Position numbers and translations under genes: made by a program. From positions 160,001 to 224,000 of the forward strand of contig OZ242351.1 of assembly GCA_965208675.1 (NCBI GenBank): a stretch of DNA of 64,000 nt, written 5' to 3'. The number at the start of each line of letters is the position of its first letter. Positions within the stretch are counted from its first letter, which is position 1. Shown here piece after piece: positions 39,201 to 47,486 of the stretch. The notes under the pieces are model-generated. The model was not told the origin of the DNA. It searched no databases and worked only from the letters and a program-made list of their open reading frames with translations. This stretch comes from Candidatus Poribacteria bacterium (GTDB taxonomy: Bacteria > Poribacteria > WGA-4E > PCPOR2b).

Positions 39201-39625
39201 AGTTTTAACTCCTTGATAATAAGCCCCGCCATAATCGTCTTGCCGGCGCCCGGGTCGTCGGCAATCAGGAACCGGATGCGCGGCAGCTTGAGCACATGAC
39301 CGTAGACTGCCTCCACCTGATGTGGCAGCGGATCCACCTTAGAGGCGCTGACCGCGAAAAGCGAATCGTAGAGCGCTGCATTGCGGTAACGCCGCGCTTC
39401 AAGGCTGAGGAACACGTCCCGCGCCTTTGCCTTGAAGTCGAGCGAGACTTTCCCAACCTGCAACTCGTTCACTTCGTCGCGGGTGAGCATGGCGTCAATA
39501 TGATCTCGCGAATTGACGGTTGAGCCAACCAATCGGATGTATTCCCCAATCTCTTCCACGAGATCGATTTTCACCGGCTCGGGCCAATGATGGGATTCTA
39601 TGATGTCTCCGCTTTTAATGTTCAT
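36278..39625 (-). CDS. SNF2-family helicase with C-terminal DUF3883 (PD-(D/E)xK) nuclease domain
   Basis: PLPHQ, LIADDPGAGKT, DEAH, LTATPH, QRRLASS, ATEAAGEGINLQ, QRMGRIHRYGQ. C-terminal GFDVRS..YIEVKAR..LTQNEW. Confidence 0.93.
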   Translation of the reverse strand: MNIKSGDIIESHHWPEPVKIDLVEEIGEYIRLVGSTVNSRDHIDAMLTRDEVNELQVGKVSLDFKAKARDVFLSLEARRYRNAALYDSLFAVSASKVDPLPHQVEAVYGHVLKLPRIRFLIADDPGAGKTIMAGLIIKELKLRHLISRTLIVAPGHLKDQWRRELKERFEESFRIMDRAVLDSVPGENPWSRESQIITSIDFAKRDDVMPAIASAPFDLVIVDEAHKMAAYQYGDKLDKTSRYRLGEMLSKSATHLLFLTATPHKGDPENFRLFLDLLEPGFFATSQDLRESVTAGDNPLFIRRVKEDLKDFEGKPLFLPRHVTTLPFNLGVDSPHEMELYNALSKYVHSQYNKALTKDKRNNVAFALVILQRRLASSTYALLTSLKRRRVRLCELLEGAVERKRTEYVHDFETIDDLSEEERWKEEEIWETLSVAENREELEREIETLETLADLARTIIDDESELKLGELKRTLDDLEDRFRGEKILIFTESRDTLAYLQRKMEGWGYTVTVIHGGLRLEERIEAESEFKNQSQIMIATEAAGEGINLQFCHLMINYDLPWNPNRLEQRMGRIHRYGQTREVFVYNLVAKDTREGEVMTALFQKIDEIKNALGSDKVFDVLNEVLYDVNLNHLMLEAAANAKSTEEILAEINIEVNENYIAEVKENLGESLATRYIDYTRLGEMAERARERRLIPEYTEAFFRKAVAPFNGRLRDRRDGFLAIERIPVPIRRIAEKDAFKRKHGGIMKSYPKATFEKELAFRNPDAEFISFGHPVFEAVLGWVDENLTDNLTQGAVFEDPDGSWDGVILFYEGEIRDGKGQVAGARLFAFYVSTDTKMVEPIDPTVIWDLAESSQQVASEDTDGLKAIVMPDIIPVLRAYKDELTVERKRQAAIKEKYGLKSLNYLILQLDSDLISLYERREKGENVDRLVRNKEEKKQDYEDSLKTLELTTAQEGNLTQSTPNYLGAIRVIPAPTETSAMKSDPEIERIGMEVAMGYERQYGRTPEDVSSDNLGFDVRSTDKGGVKRYIEVKARAGLGAVSLTQNEWFKAKQFKSDYFLYAVLNARTQPVLYTIQNPAEETHPEEQIEVVRHLISLDEIQKKGVKCNEEIHLR

Positions 39626-39771
39626 GGAAAATGGTTACCTCATTTGATACTATTGAAATCATCAGGTGTATCGCTTCCGCCTAACCACACGCGTAAACGG
39701 TGACACTGAACGACCAAAACCGCGATCGGTCTTTAATTTGGATCTCAACTGAGTACTGTTGGGTTTGGCGT

Positions 39772-40932
39772 CTATGACAAATAAAAATATATCTGATCAA
39801 GGGCTAAAAGCGCCTGTAATGCTTTGACTGATGTATAATCTTCCTCGGCTGCAGCACCATGTGCAACGCTGTGCCTTGATACGTCAACCATACCCGTTTC
39901 AAGATTGAATTGTGTAAAAACGCTGCCGTTGAGATAATTCAAAAACATTCCGGGAAAGAGTAGCGACTGGCTGTCGCTCGCGACTCGCTGTTGTCCAACG
40001 TCCGTCAGATGGAGTATCAATTCTTTCAGCTTTACCCCATCGCCCTTTCCTGTGTCCTTAAAATACGCATAACGCATGACTCCTTCAATTTCGGTATAAA
40101 GGGTCTTAATGCAGTTTATAAAACCGCTTTCAGTCCCTTGCTGAAAAGCATCAATACCTGCTTGCAGCAGATGTTGCTTTTCCTGAAAAATGCAATTTTC
40201 CCACCACTTTTCAGTCATTCTTCTCACGCGTGATTCATCGAATGAATCAAGCAGTGCCCCTACCGTATCATCGTAAGTGAATTTCTCATTCTCATAGGTG
40301 CCGGCTAATGTTTTGTAGTCGTTTCCTAGAATTTCAATGAAGGGAAACCACCCATCTTTTAGCATTTCTTCAAATTGCGTTTCTGATTCTAGGCTTTGAT
40401 ACACATACTGAAAACTTAAGGTCCTATAAAGCCTCCCTAGGTTAACCTGCATTGACGCAATATCAAATCCGTTAGCAGGGCCTAGTAAGTTAAAATACAG
40501 TCCGAATTTCCAGCCGACTTTTAAGCAACAGATAACGCTGTCGTGTTCTTGTATTGCTACACCCGGAAACCTCACCTGTCGAATATCTGCAATATCGCTT
40601 TCTGTGACAACTGTTCCCGATTCTATACTGCGCTTGGATAGCATCTCTATCTCCATGGGAAAATCATTGATATAAATATGTGCGCTCAAATCAGGGTGAA
40701 TTAGTATCAGAAAACTATGGATATCATTGACGTTTAATAGGCGTTCTTTACCATCAAGGTGAAACCTAAGACCATTCAAATAGGTGCTTGATAGCTGCTC
40801 TATAAATCTGTAAAAATTTGCATCGTCGGACGTGAGACTGGCAGACGCCAATGCGTAGAAATAGTGTTCTTTAGGGACGTTGCAAACCGTAAACCCGGTT
40901 AGACTTTTGACCTTGTCAACGATTAGTCGCAT
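39772..40932 (-). CDS. Hypothetical protein with C-terminal HEPN-like RxxxxH motif
   Basis: EIEGVMR ... SRHSVAHG followed by a terminal helix. Visibly more AT-rich than the housekeeping genes. Confidence 0.7.
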   Translation of the reverse strand: MRLIVDKVKSLTGFTVCNVPKEHYFYALASASLTSDDANFYRFIEQLSSTYLNGLRFHLDGKERLLNVNDIHSFLILIHPDLSAHIYINDFPMEIEMLSKRSIESGTVVTESDIADIRQVRFPGVAIQEHDSVICCLKVGWKFGLYFNLLGPANGFDIASMQVNLGRLYRTLSFQYVYQSLESETQFEEMLKDGWFPFIEILGNDYKTLAGTYENEKFTYDDTVGALLDSFDESRVRRMTEKWWENCIFQEKQHLLQAGIDAFQQGTESGFINCIKTLYTEIEGVMRYAYFKDTGKGDGVKLKELILHLTDVGQQRVASDSQSLLFPGMFLNYLNGSVFTQFNLETGMVDVSRHSVAHGAAAEEDYTSVKALQALLALDQIYFYLS

Positions 40933-41075
40933 GACTTTTTATTTGCCTCCTATTCAATAAATATCTGTTTCACTTCCTTGCCAATCAATCTTTTAAGCCC
41001 GTGTTCCTTAGCTGTTCCGTTGGCGGGAAAGAGGCGACATCACCTGAGGATTCACTCTTACCTACCCCAAAATAC

Positions 41076-41105
41076 AAAAAAAGCCCCGCTTGATGACGAG
41101 GCTTT
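41076..41105 (-). terminator. Rho-independent terminator after rpmA
   Basis: Minus strand AAAGCCTCGT-CATCAA-GCGGGGCTTTTTTT. Confidence 0.8.
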
Positions 41106-41135
41106 GAGTTTGGATAATCCGATTGGAATATGCGG

Positions 41136-41402
41136 TTAGAAATCTGGGCGTTCTGCGTAGACGCTGACTTTTCTGCGGTATTTGTCCTTCCGCTCAAACC
41201 AGACGTAGCCGTCAATCTTTGAGAAGAGCGTATAGTCGCTCCCAAGCCCGACGTTCGTGCCCGGATGAAGGTGCGTCCCACGCTGCCGAACGAGGATGCT
41301 TCCTGCTGTCACGTGGTTTCCAGCGAAACGCTTCACGCCAAGTCGTTTGCCGCAGCTATCCCGCCCATTACTTGTACTTCCGCCGCCTTTTTTATGCGCC
41401 AT
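41136..41402 (-). CDS. rpmA: 50S ribosomal protein L27
   Basis: [35 protein letters not shown]. Confidence 0.98.
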   Translation of the reverse strand: MAHKKGGGSTSNGRDSCGKRLGVKRFAGNHVTAGSILVRQRGTHLHPGTNVGLGSDYTLFSKIDGYVWFERKDKYRRKVSVYAERPDF

Positions 41403-41745
41403 TTTCTGCTGCCTCCTCGGGGCTATGTTCTTGTTGAATTTCAGTGATTCGTAATCGAGTCAATCTCTGCCGGTGTCCGAGCTTACGTTTGTAGCCTTTT
41501 CGTCTCTTTGATTTGAAAACAACAATCTTCTTCGCTTTTCCCTGCTCAACAACCTCTCCAATTACGGCGGCTTTTTCCAAATAAGGCTCCCCAACCTGCA
41601 GATCGCCTTCGCCGTCTCCAATCGCTAATACTTCCGGGAACGTAACAATTTCGCCTACGGGAACTTCAACCTTTTCAACATCAATCAGTGTCCCCACTTC
41701 AACGCGATGCTGTTTTCCACCGGCGGCAAATACAGCGTACATCAC
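41392..41745 (-). CDS. rplU: 50S ribosomal protein L21
   Basis: [33 protein letters not shown]. Confidence 0.98.
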   Translation of the reverse strand: MMYAVFAAGGKQHRVEVGTLIDVEKVEVPVGEIVTFPEVLAIGDGEGDLQVGEPYLEKAAVIGEVVEQGKAKKIVVFKSKRRKGYKRKLGHRQRLTRLRITEIQQEHSPEEAAENGA

Positions 41746-41778
41746 TTTCTCCTTTAAAACGAACAGTTATGAATGCGA

Positions 41779-41846
41779 GCCTACATTATCGGAAATACCG
41801 GTAGGCACGATCAAAAAGTATATCAGACCACTTCTTCTTCTGTCAA
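41779..41846 (-). promoter_or_regulatory. rplU promoter and leader hairpin
   Basis: TTGACA (41846-41841)-18 nt-TATACT with TGn extended -10. Nested leader hairpin GCCTAC-CGG..CCG-GTAGGC at 41779-41806. Confidence 0.65.
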
Positions 41847-41849
41847 TAC

Positions 41850-43409
41850 TTAATCTACATAGATTTCACGATTTGTGTCTTGGGCGAATATCCGATAGTC
41901 TTCAAGGTGCATGTCGGGATCTCCCTTAAACCGAATGGTCAGTTTCATTGATTCTTCAAGTTGGCGAACCTTGCCGGCTTTCTCATTGAGAAGATGTGAC
42001 ACGATCATCTCGTTCGCCACGATTTCCAACCTTCTTTTTCGTGATTTCTGATGGGCTTTTTTAACGGTTCGGAGTAAGCCGATGGTAACCGTGTCCACCG
42101 AAAACACAGTGCCGTGTCCTTCGCAGTAGGGGCACGGCTCAGTGAGCAGCGTTGGCAGACTCGGTTTGGTTCTCTGCCGGGTCATTTCGACCAGGCCGAT
42201 TTCAGAAAAGTGGAGGATATTCGTTCGGGCACGGTCCTTTTTCAATGCCTGCTGCAACAGCTTGTACACCATCTTTCGGTGTTCGGACTGGTCCATATCA
42301 ATAAAATCGATAACGATAATCCCGCCAATATCTCTCAATCGGATTTGCCGAACCACCTCCTCAACGGCTTCAAGGTTTGCGCTCAGAATGGTATCATCCG
42401 GATCGCCTTTGCCGACGAATTTTCCCGTATTGACATCAACGGAAAACATCGCCTCCGTTTTTTGGATGACGATATGTCCGCCGCATTTTAGCCAGATCTT
42501 TTCGGTTAATGCCTTCTTAAGCTCTTTTTCAATGCCGTAGGATTCAAAGATAGGGCTGGGTTTGTCGTAGAGTTTGACGCGTGATCGAAGTTCCGGTAGT
42601 GCGGAGGATAGGTAATTGAGGGTTTCTCGGTATTTTTCTTTGGAATCAATGAAAATTTGGCTGACCTCGTTCGTCAAATAGTCACGGATCATTCGAGCGG
42701 TAAAACCGAGATCCTGATGCACCAAGTGGGGCGCGGACATTTTTTCGGACCGTTCGCAGATTCCCTTCCATTGATTAATCAAGTATCGAATTTCCGTCGC
42801 AAGTTCCTCTTCCGAAGCCCCTTCAGCCGCTGTGCGAATAATAAATCCACCTTCAACATCGGAACGCAGCGATTGCGCGATGTCTTTGAGGCGCTGCCGC
42901 TCTTCCGCGGATTCAATCCGCCGTGAAACGCCGATGCTCGACGAAGTGGATAAGTAAACAATGAATCTGCCCGGCAGGGTAACACAAGCGGTGACACGCG
43001 GCCCTTTTGTTCCAATGGGTTCTTTTACGACCTGGACGAGGATTTCTTGGTTCTTGCGAAGAAGATTGCTTATCGAATAAAAACTCCCCCTGCCGCCTCT
43101 TGGCGAATCTTTAGCGTTTGCGGCAAGACTCTCCTTCGTCGTATCCTTTTCTATGTCCTCTGCCTCGAAATCGTAATGAATATCCGAGGCATGGAGGAAG
43201 GCATGCCGATCCAATCCGATATCGACGAAGGCAATTTGCATACCGGGGAGTACGTTTTCAACGCGCCCCTTATAGACATTGCCGAGAGACTGCTCATCAT
43301 CCTTGCGTTCAATTTCAATCTCGCTAAGAACACGATCTTCTACGATAGCGCATCTGGACTCATATTCATCGTCAGAGATTAAAATCTCTTTTTGCATTGT
43401 CGCCTCCAT
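41850..43409 (-). CDS. rng: Rne/Rng family ribonuclease (RNase G-sized)
   Basis: GNVYKGRV..VLPGMQ.AFVDIG, QVVKEPIGTKGPR, DVNTG, LRDIGGIIVIDFIDM, EMTRQR, CPYCEG. Confidence 0.93.
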   Translation of the reverse strand: MEATMQKEILISDDEYESRCAIVEDRVLSEIEIERKDDEQSLGNVYKGRVENVLPGMQIAFVDIGLDRHAFLHASDIHYDFEAEDIEKDTTKESLAANAKDSPRGGRGSFYSISNLLRKNQEILVQVVKEPIGTKGPRVTACVTLPGRFIVYLSTSSSIGVSRRIESAEERQRLKDIAQSLRSDVEGGFIIRTAAEGASEEELATEIRYLINQWKGICERSEKMSAPHLVHQDLGFTARMIRDYLTNEVSQIFIDSKEKYRETLNYLSSALPELRSRVKLYDKPSPIFESYGIEKELKKALTEKIWLKCGGHIVIQKTEAMFSVDVNTGKFVGKGDPDDTILSANLEAVEEVVRQIRLRDIGGIIVIDFIDMDQSEHRKMVYKLLQQALKKDRARTNILHFSEIGLVEMTRQRTKPSLPTLLTEPCPYCEGHGTVFSVDTVTIGLLRTVKKAHQKSRKRRLEIVANEMIVSHLLNEKAGKVRQLEESMKLTIRFKGDPDMHLEDYRIFAQDTNREIYVD

Positions 43410-43777
43410 TCTTAAGTCGCTAATGCGTTGTCAGTTATCTCTCGCGGCGCTGCCGTGACAACTGCTACTGTGCACGACGGCGCAAAAGCGGGTGAAGCTA
43501 CCGGCTTTTATGTTCAATTTGACAATGCACTAGGAGGTTTTAAAGTAACAAAATTATGGAGGCAACGGGCCTAACATCAAGTTTAGAATTTGTTCAAGAA
43601 TTATCTTCCTATTAAAGATATATGAACGCACACGTCGGCACTGGTTTTCGATGTGGAGCGGAATCTTCGATTCAGGCACATTCTTTGCCTTGGATTACCA
43701 TGCGCGACCATGTGCTGTAAAATTCTCTTCATACAATCATGTCTTATTATCTTAAGTCAATATCCCGCTTGTATAAC

Positions 43778-43932
43778 TCCCGATCTGACACTGCTTCTGA
43801 ATGTCAGAAAACCGAACGTCGGTAAGGGTTGAGGATGTATTTGCTAAACCAACTTGTTCAAACACTAATCAAATACATCGCACATTCAGAATCCGTACCT
43901 GGATTCAATGATGTAAAACCCATGTGTCGGGA
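43778..43932. ncRNA. Candidate structured RNA (unidentified)
   Basis: Nested perfect stems 43778-83/43927-32, 43795-804/43882-91 and 43834-43/43870-79, plus side hairpins. Confidence 0.35.
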
Positions 43933-44021
43933 TTTTGATACAACGGTGACATTGATTTATTTCATTGAATGAAAGGTTGTCGGCCGCTTTTATCCGCGTG
44001 ACAACACTCGCTCAAAACCCA

Positions 44022-45596
44022 TTAAGTTCCTTTGCGCGGCGTCATTGTGATTACCGGAATGATTAACTCGCTAGGTGAAATCCCGCCGTGCTGGAAGCCG
44101 CCGCGAAACTGTCGCGTATATTCATGATACTGATTTGGATAGACAAAATAGTAATCTTCCTTCGTTATAATATAGTTTTTACTTGAACCCTCAGCGGGTA
44201 ACCTATATTCATTCGGATGCGCGATGTGTATAGCTTGATCTCTATTGCACCCGAGGTTCGTACCGACTTTGAAACGAAGGCTTGTGGACGTTTCGCGATT
44301 TCCAAGCGCTTTAGTAGGTCTATTGCAAAGAACGGAACCGTGGTCAGAGGTTAGGACGACGGTGGCGTTTCGGGTTGCAATAATCTTCAAGACCTCAAAG
44401 AGCGCGGAATGGGCGAACCATGATTTTGCCAGTGAACGAAAGGCAGATTCATCCGGTGCTATTTGCTGAAGTACATTTGACTGTGAACGTTGATGGGTTA
44501 ATATATCAATGAAGTTAACGACCAGAGCAGATAAACTGATTTGGTCGAAAGACGAAACTTGACGTAAAAACTCGTTGCCTCCCTTGGCGTCAAATATCTT
44601 GAAATACCTAATTCCTGGTTTAAGGTTCAGCCCGGCTCTTTGAAGCTTTTGTTGAAGGAGCTGTTTTTCATACCGATTCGTACTGGTTTCGTCTTCTGAG
44701 TTTTCCTGCCAATATTGCGGGAATTTCTTTGCAATCTCTTGAGGAAATAAACCGCTAAATAGTGCATTGCGAGAGTAGAGCGTTGCACTAGGCAAGATTG
44801 AGAAGTAAAAATCCCGATTGGTATAAAAATAGGGCCGAATCAGCGGCTCAATCGCCATCCAATGGTCGAGCCTGAGACAATCAACAACAATAAAATAGGT
44901 GGGTCGTTTTCCGCGTAGATGTGGGATGACAAAATTATCTAACACATCCACAGATAAAATTGGCGAGTTTTCCCCTTTTAACCAGCGGGTATAGTCTCGC
45001 GAAACATAGTCCGAAAATGAAGCATTACACTCCTTTTTTAGCTCTACGTGAGTTTCTTCAAGGCCTGTTTGTCCCAATTGATCGAATTCGAGATCCCATT
45101 CGACCAATTTCAGATAAATTTCAATCCACTTGCGCCAATCCGGGGCGGTCTCTTTTGTGTGTCGAATCTGATCGAAATCGTGCGTGTAGTTGCGGGGTAC
45201 TTGTCCTTCTGCAATCTTTGTCTGGTCTAGAACACGTTTCAAGGTAAGAGCGACCTGCGCTGCCCCGATTGGTTTCACCAGAAAATCGCTAATCCGTTTC
45301 CCCAACGCCTCATTAACTACCTGATCATCATGGCATTGTGTTAGCATTACCACGGGCAAGGTCGGGTCAATCGCGCGGATGCGGTCCAATGCTGCTAAGC
45401 CGTCCTGCCCAGGCATCATCTGGTCAAGTAAAACCACATCATACCGCTGATTATTGAGCAGTGAAATTGCATCGTCCCCGTTGGACACAGAGGTGACATC
45501 ATAAGACTTTTCATTCAGAAAAAGGATGTGGGGTTTCAGGGCATCAATTTCATCATCAACCCATAAAATTTTGTGAGCGATATTTTGCATTAACAA
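44022..45596 (-). CDS. PorX-like response regulator (REC + PglZ/alkaline-phosphatase domain)
   Basis: ILWVDDEID.LKPHI.FL, LLDQMMPG, VDCLRLDHW, SILPSATLYSRNA, TSDHGS, FQHGGIS..E.IIP. Confidence 0.9.
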   Translation of the reverse strand: MLMQNIAHKILWVDDEIDALKPHILFLNEKSYDVTSVSNGDDAISLLNNQRYDVVLLDQMMPGQDGLAALDRIRAIDPTLPVVMLTQCHDDQVVNEALGKRISDFLVKPIGAAQVALTLKRVLDQTKIAEGQVPRNYTHDFDQIRHTKETAPDWRKWIEIYLKLVEWDLEFDQLGQTGLEETHVELKKECNASFSDYVSRDYTRWLKGENSPILSVDVLDNFVIPHLRGKRPTYFIVVDCLRLDHWMAIEPLIRPYFYTNRDFYFSILPSATLYSRNALFSGLFPQEIAKKFPQYWQENSEDETSTNRYEKQLLQQKLQRAGLNLKPGIRYFKIFDAKGGNEFLRQVSSFDQISLSALVVNFIDILTHQRSQSNVLQQIAPDESAFRSLAKSWFAHSALFEVLKIIATRNATVVLTSDHGSVLCNRPTKALGNRETSTSLRFKVGTNLGCNRDQAIHIAHPNEYRLPAEGSSKNYIITKEDYYFVYPNQYHEYTRQFRGGFQHGGISPSELIIPVITMTPRKGT

Positions 45597-45642
45597 CTCA
45601 CCCCTTTTTCCCTTTTATCCTTCAAATTTAGGGAAGCCTCAA

Positions 45643-47157
45643 CTAGATTTCTTCTCGTTTCTCGCCGGATATTGTCCCGATTGGCAGTACAATTTCGAAC
45701 GTTGTTCCATCAGGCCCGGTGTCGACTAACCGGATTTTCCCATGATGGTGCGTCTCGACAATACGCTTGACAAGCGTTAATCCAAGCCCCCAACCGTGTT
45801 TCTTGGTTGTTACGCCGGGGTGAAAAATTTTTCGGCGGTCTTTCCGCACAATCCCCTTGCCGTTGTCCGTGTATCGAATAATGATGCGACGGTTCTTCTC
45901 ATCAAATCTCGGATCGATTTCGATTAAACCGCTCGGTTTGTCGAGGGCGTCGAGCGAATTGCGAATCAGGTTCTCAAAAACCCATTGCATAAGTTCTGCA
46001 TTGGCGAAGACGTATGGAAGTTCACTAGCCGCGACCCTGATGTCAACCGATTTGTTGCGATTGGGCAAGCGTTTTTGATAATAGGAAACGACATCGCCAA
46101 TCACTTCGTTGACGTTGACCTCCGTTTTTTGCGGTTCCGATCCAATCTTCCCAAAACGTGCCGTGATTTTCTGCAATCGGACGATGTCGTTATGCACATT
46201 TTCATAGATGCCGTTAACGGTAGCGTCGTCCTTTTCCCGATTTCGACTGGTCAACAACTCCAACCATCCCATCAACGAGGATATTGGCGTTCCCAGTTGA
46301 TGTGCGGTTTCCTTGGTGAGACCGCCCCAGAGCGCCGCCTGTTCACTAAATCTTATACGCCGATAGGTCAGAAATCCAACACCCAAGAATGTTGCAAACA
46401 CAGTTATTAAGACTATCGGCATAATCATAATGCCAAGATAACGCGTCGATTCGTAATAAAAATAACCCTTACGCAAGTCAGGTGTGGTCTGCAGCGGCAC
46501 CTCGCGTCCCAACACTTTGGAGCTCTGCACCAGTTTTTCAGCCCGTGCCAACTGTTCCGGTGTAGCATGCTTGGCAGTAATTAAGTCGCCGCCCCAGATT
46601 CGCCACATCTGCGGTTTCCGGTTCAAATCCGTCACGACAAAGGGAACCTGTTCTATCGCTGTCACATCGGCGTCGCCATGAAAAAAATAGGCAGAAAGTT
46701 CGCGATTTTCTAAGCTGTATTGAATGGACACCGGTCCATTCTTCCTCTCCATCCGGTCCAATGCGTCTTTGAGTTTGACTTGCTCGACGGGGGATAACGC
46801 AATTGACGGCTCGGTGTTGACTTTTTGGTCGATTGCTTCATCAACGCCCTTGGCAATCACAACTTCCCCGTTATCTGCATCTGTAATGATGAACGATAGA
46901 CGGCTTACCGTCAATAACTGCTTAACTATTTGCGTCAATCCATCTTGAAGTTCTCTGTCCTTCACCTCGGGTAATGTCGCCGCAAGGTGTGCCAACGGTC
47001 CGACCTGTTCATTCAACGCTCGATCTAGCTGGAGAATCTGTCTGGTATAATACACGAAGGCGAGCGACAGAATGAGTAGCCCAACGATAAAGTACGCTAA
47101 CAGGAATCTCGTCGTGGCGTACCCAGTCGGCACAATCCTTTTGCGCTTGAACAGCAT
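45643..47157 (-). CDS. Sensor histidine kinase
   Basis: Two TM segments; H-box KETAHQLGTPISSL, ENLIRNSLDA, DNGKG, GWGLGL. Confidence 0.93.
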   Translation of the reverse strand: MLFKRKRIVPTGYATTRFLLAYFIVGLLILSLAFVYYTRQILQLDRALNEQVGPLAHLAATLPEVKDRELQDGLTQIVKQLLTVSRLSFIITDADNGEVVIAKGVDEAIDQKVNTEPSIALSPVEQVKLKDALDRMERKNGPVSIQYSLENRELSAYFFHGDADVTAIEQVPFVVTDLNRKPQMWRIWGGDLITAKHATPEQLARAEKLVQSSKVLGREVPLQTTPDLRKGYFYYESTRYLGIMIMPIVLITVFATFLGVGFLTYRRIRFSEQAALWGGLTKETAHQLGTPISSLMGWLELLTSRNREKDDATVNGIYENVHNDIVRLQKITARFGKIGSEPQKTEVNVNEVIGDVVSYYQKRLPNRNKSVDIRVAASELPYVFANAELMQWVFENLIRNSLDALDKPSGLIEIDPRFDEKNRRIIIRYTDNGKGIVRKDRRKIFHPGVTTKKHGWGLGLTLVKRIVETHHHGKIRLVDTGPDGTTFEIVLPIGTISGEKREEI

Positions 47158-47195
47158 TAGTCTTCCTCTATCCGACGAACAGAAAATCCCACATT

Positions 47196-47224
47196 ATTCT
47201 ATCAGAAAACCGGTTTTAAGTCAA
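47196..47224 (-). promoter_or_regulatory. sigma70 promoter of the kinase-regulator operon with a palindrome in the spacer
   Basis: TTGACT-17 nt-TAGAAT. The spacer contains AAAACCGGTTTT. Confidence 0.65.
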
Positions 47225-47486
47225 GAATTGTTTAGTCGGAATAGCGAGTGGAATCATGCCGTGATTTTGATTTGACAGACGCAACGGTGTGGTTAGGCGG
47301 CATCGGTACATGCACTCACCCGAACGAATTGTGAGCGCGATAGTGTTCGCAAGTTTGGGGATTAGCATACAGTTTCCTGACGCCAAGATTGAGCGGACGC
47401 GTGGATTTCTTTTCCGATGCGAATTCAATTCCTAACTATGAATTATTGACGCAATTAATCCCTGTACGGTTTATCAATTTTTGGTC

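Noticed and set aside
43888-43910. c-di-AMP (ydaO) riboswitch-like UGAAUCC..AGGUACGGA on the minus strand
   Set aside because: The remaining conserved ydaO elements are missing; kept only as an unidentified structured RNA candidate.
44022-45596. PglZ domain as a BREX component of the nearby island
   Set aside because: It is fused to a receiver domain, paired with a histidine kinase (PorX-like) and separated from the island by rng-rplU-rpmA.
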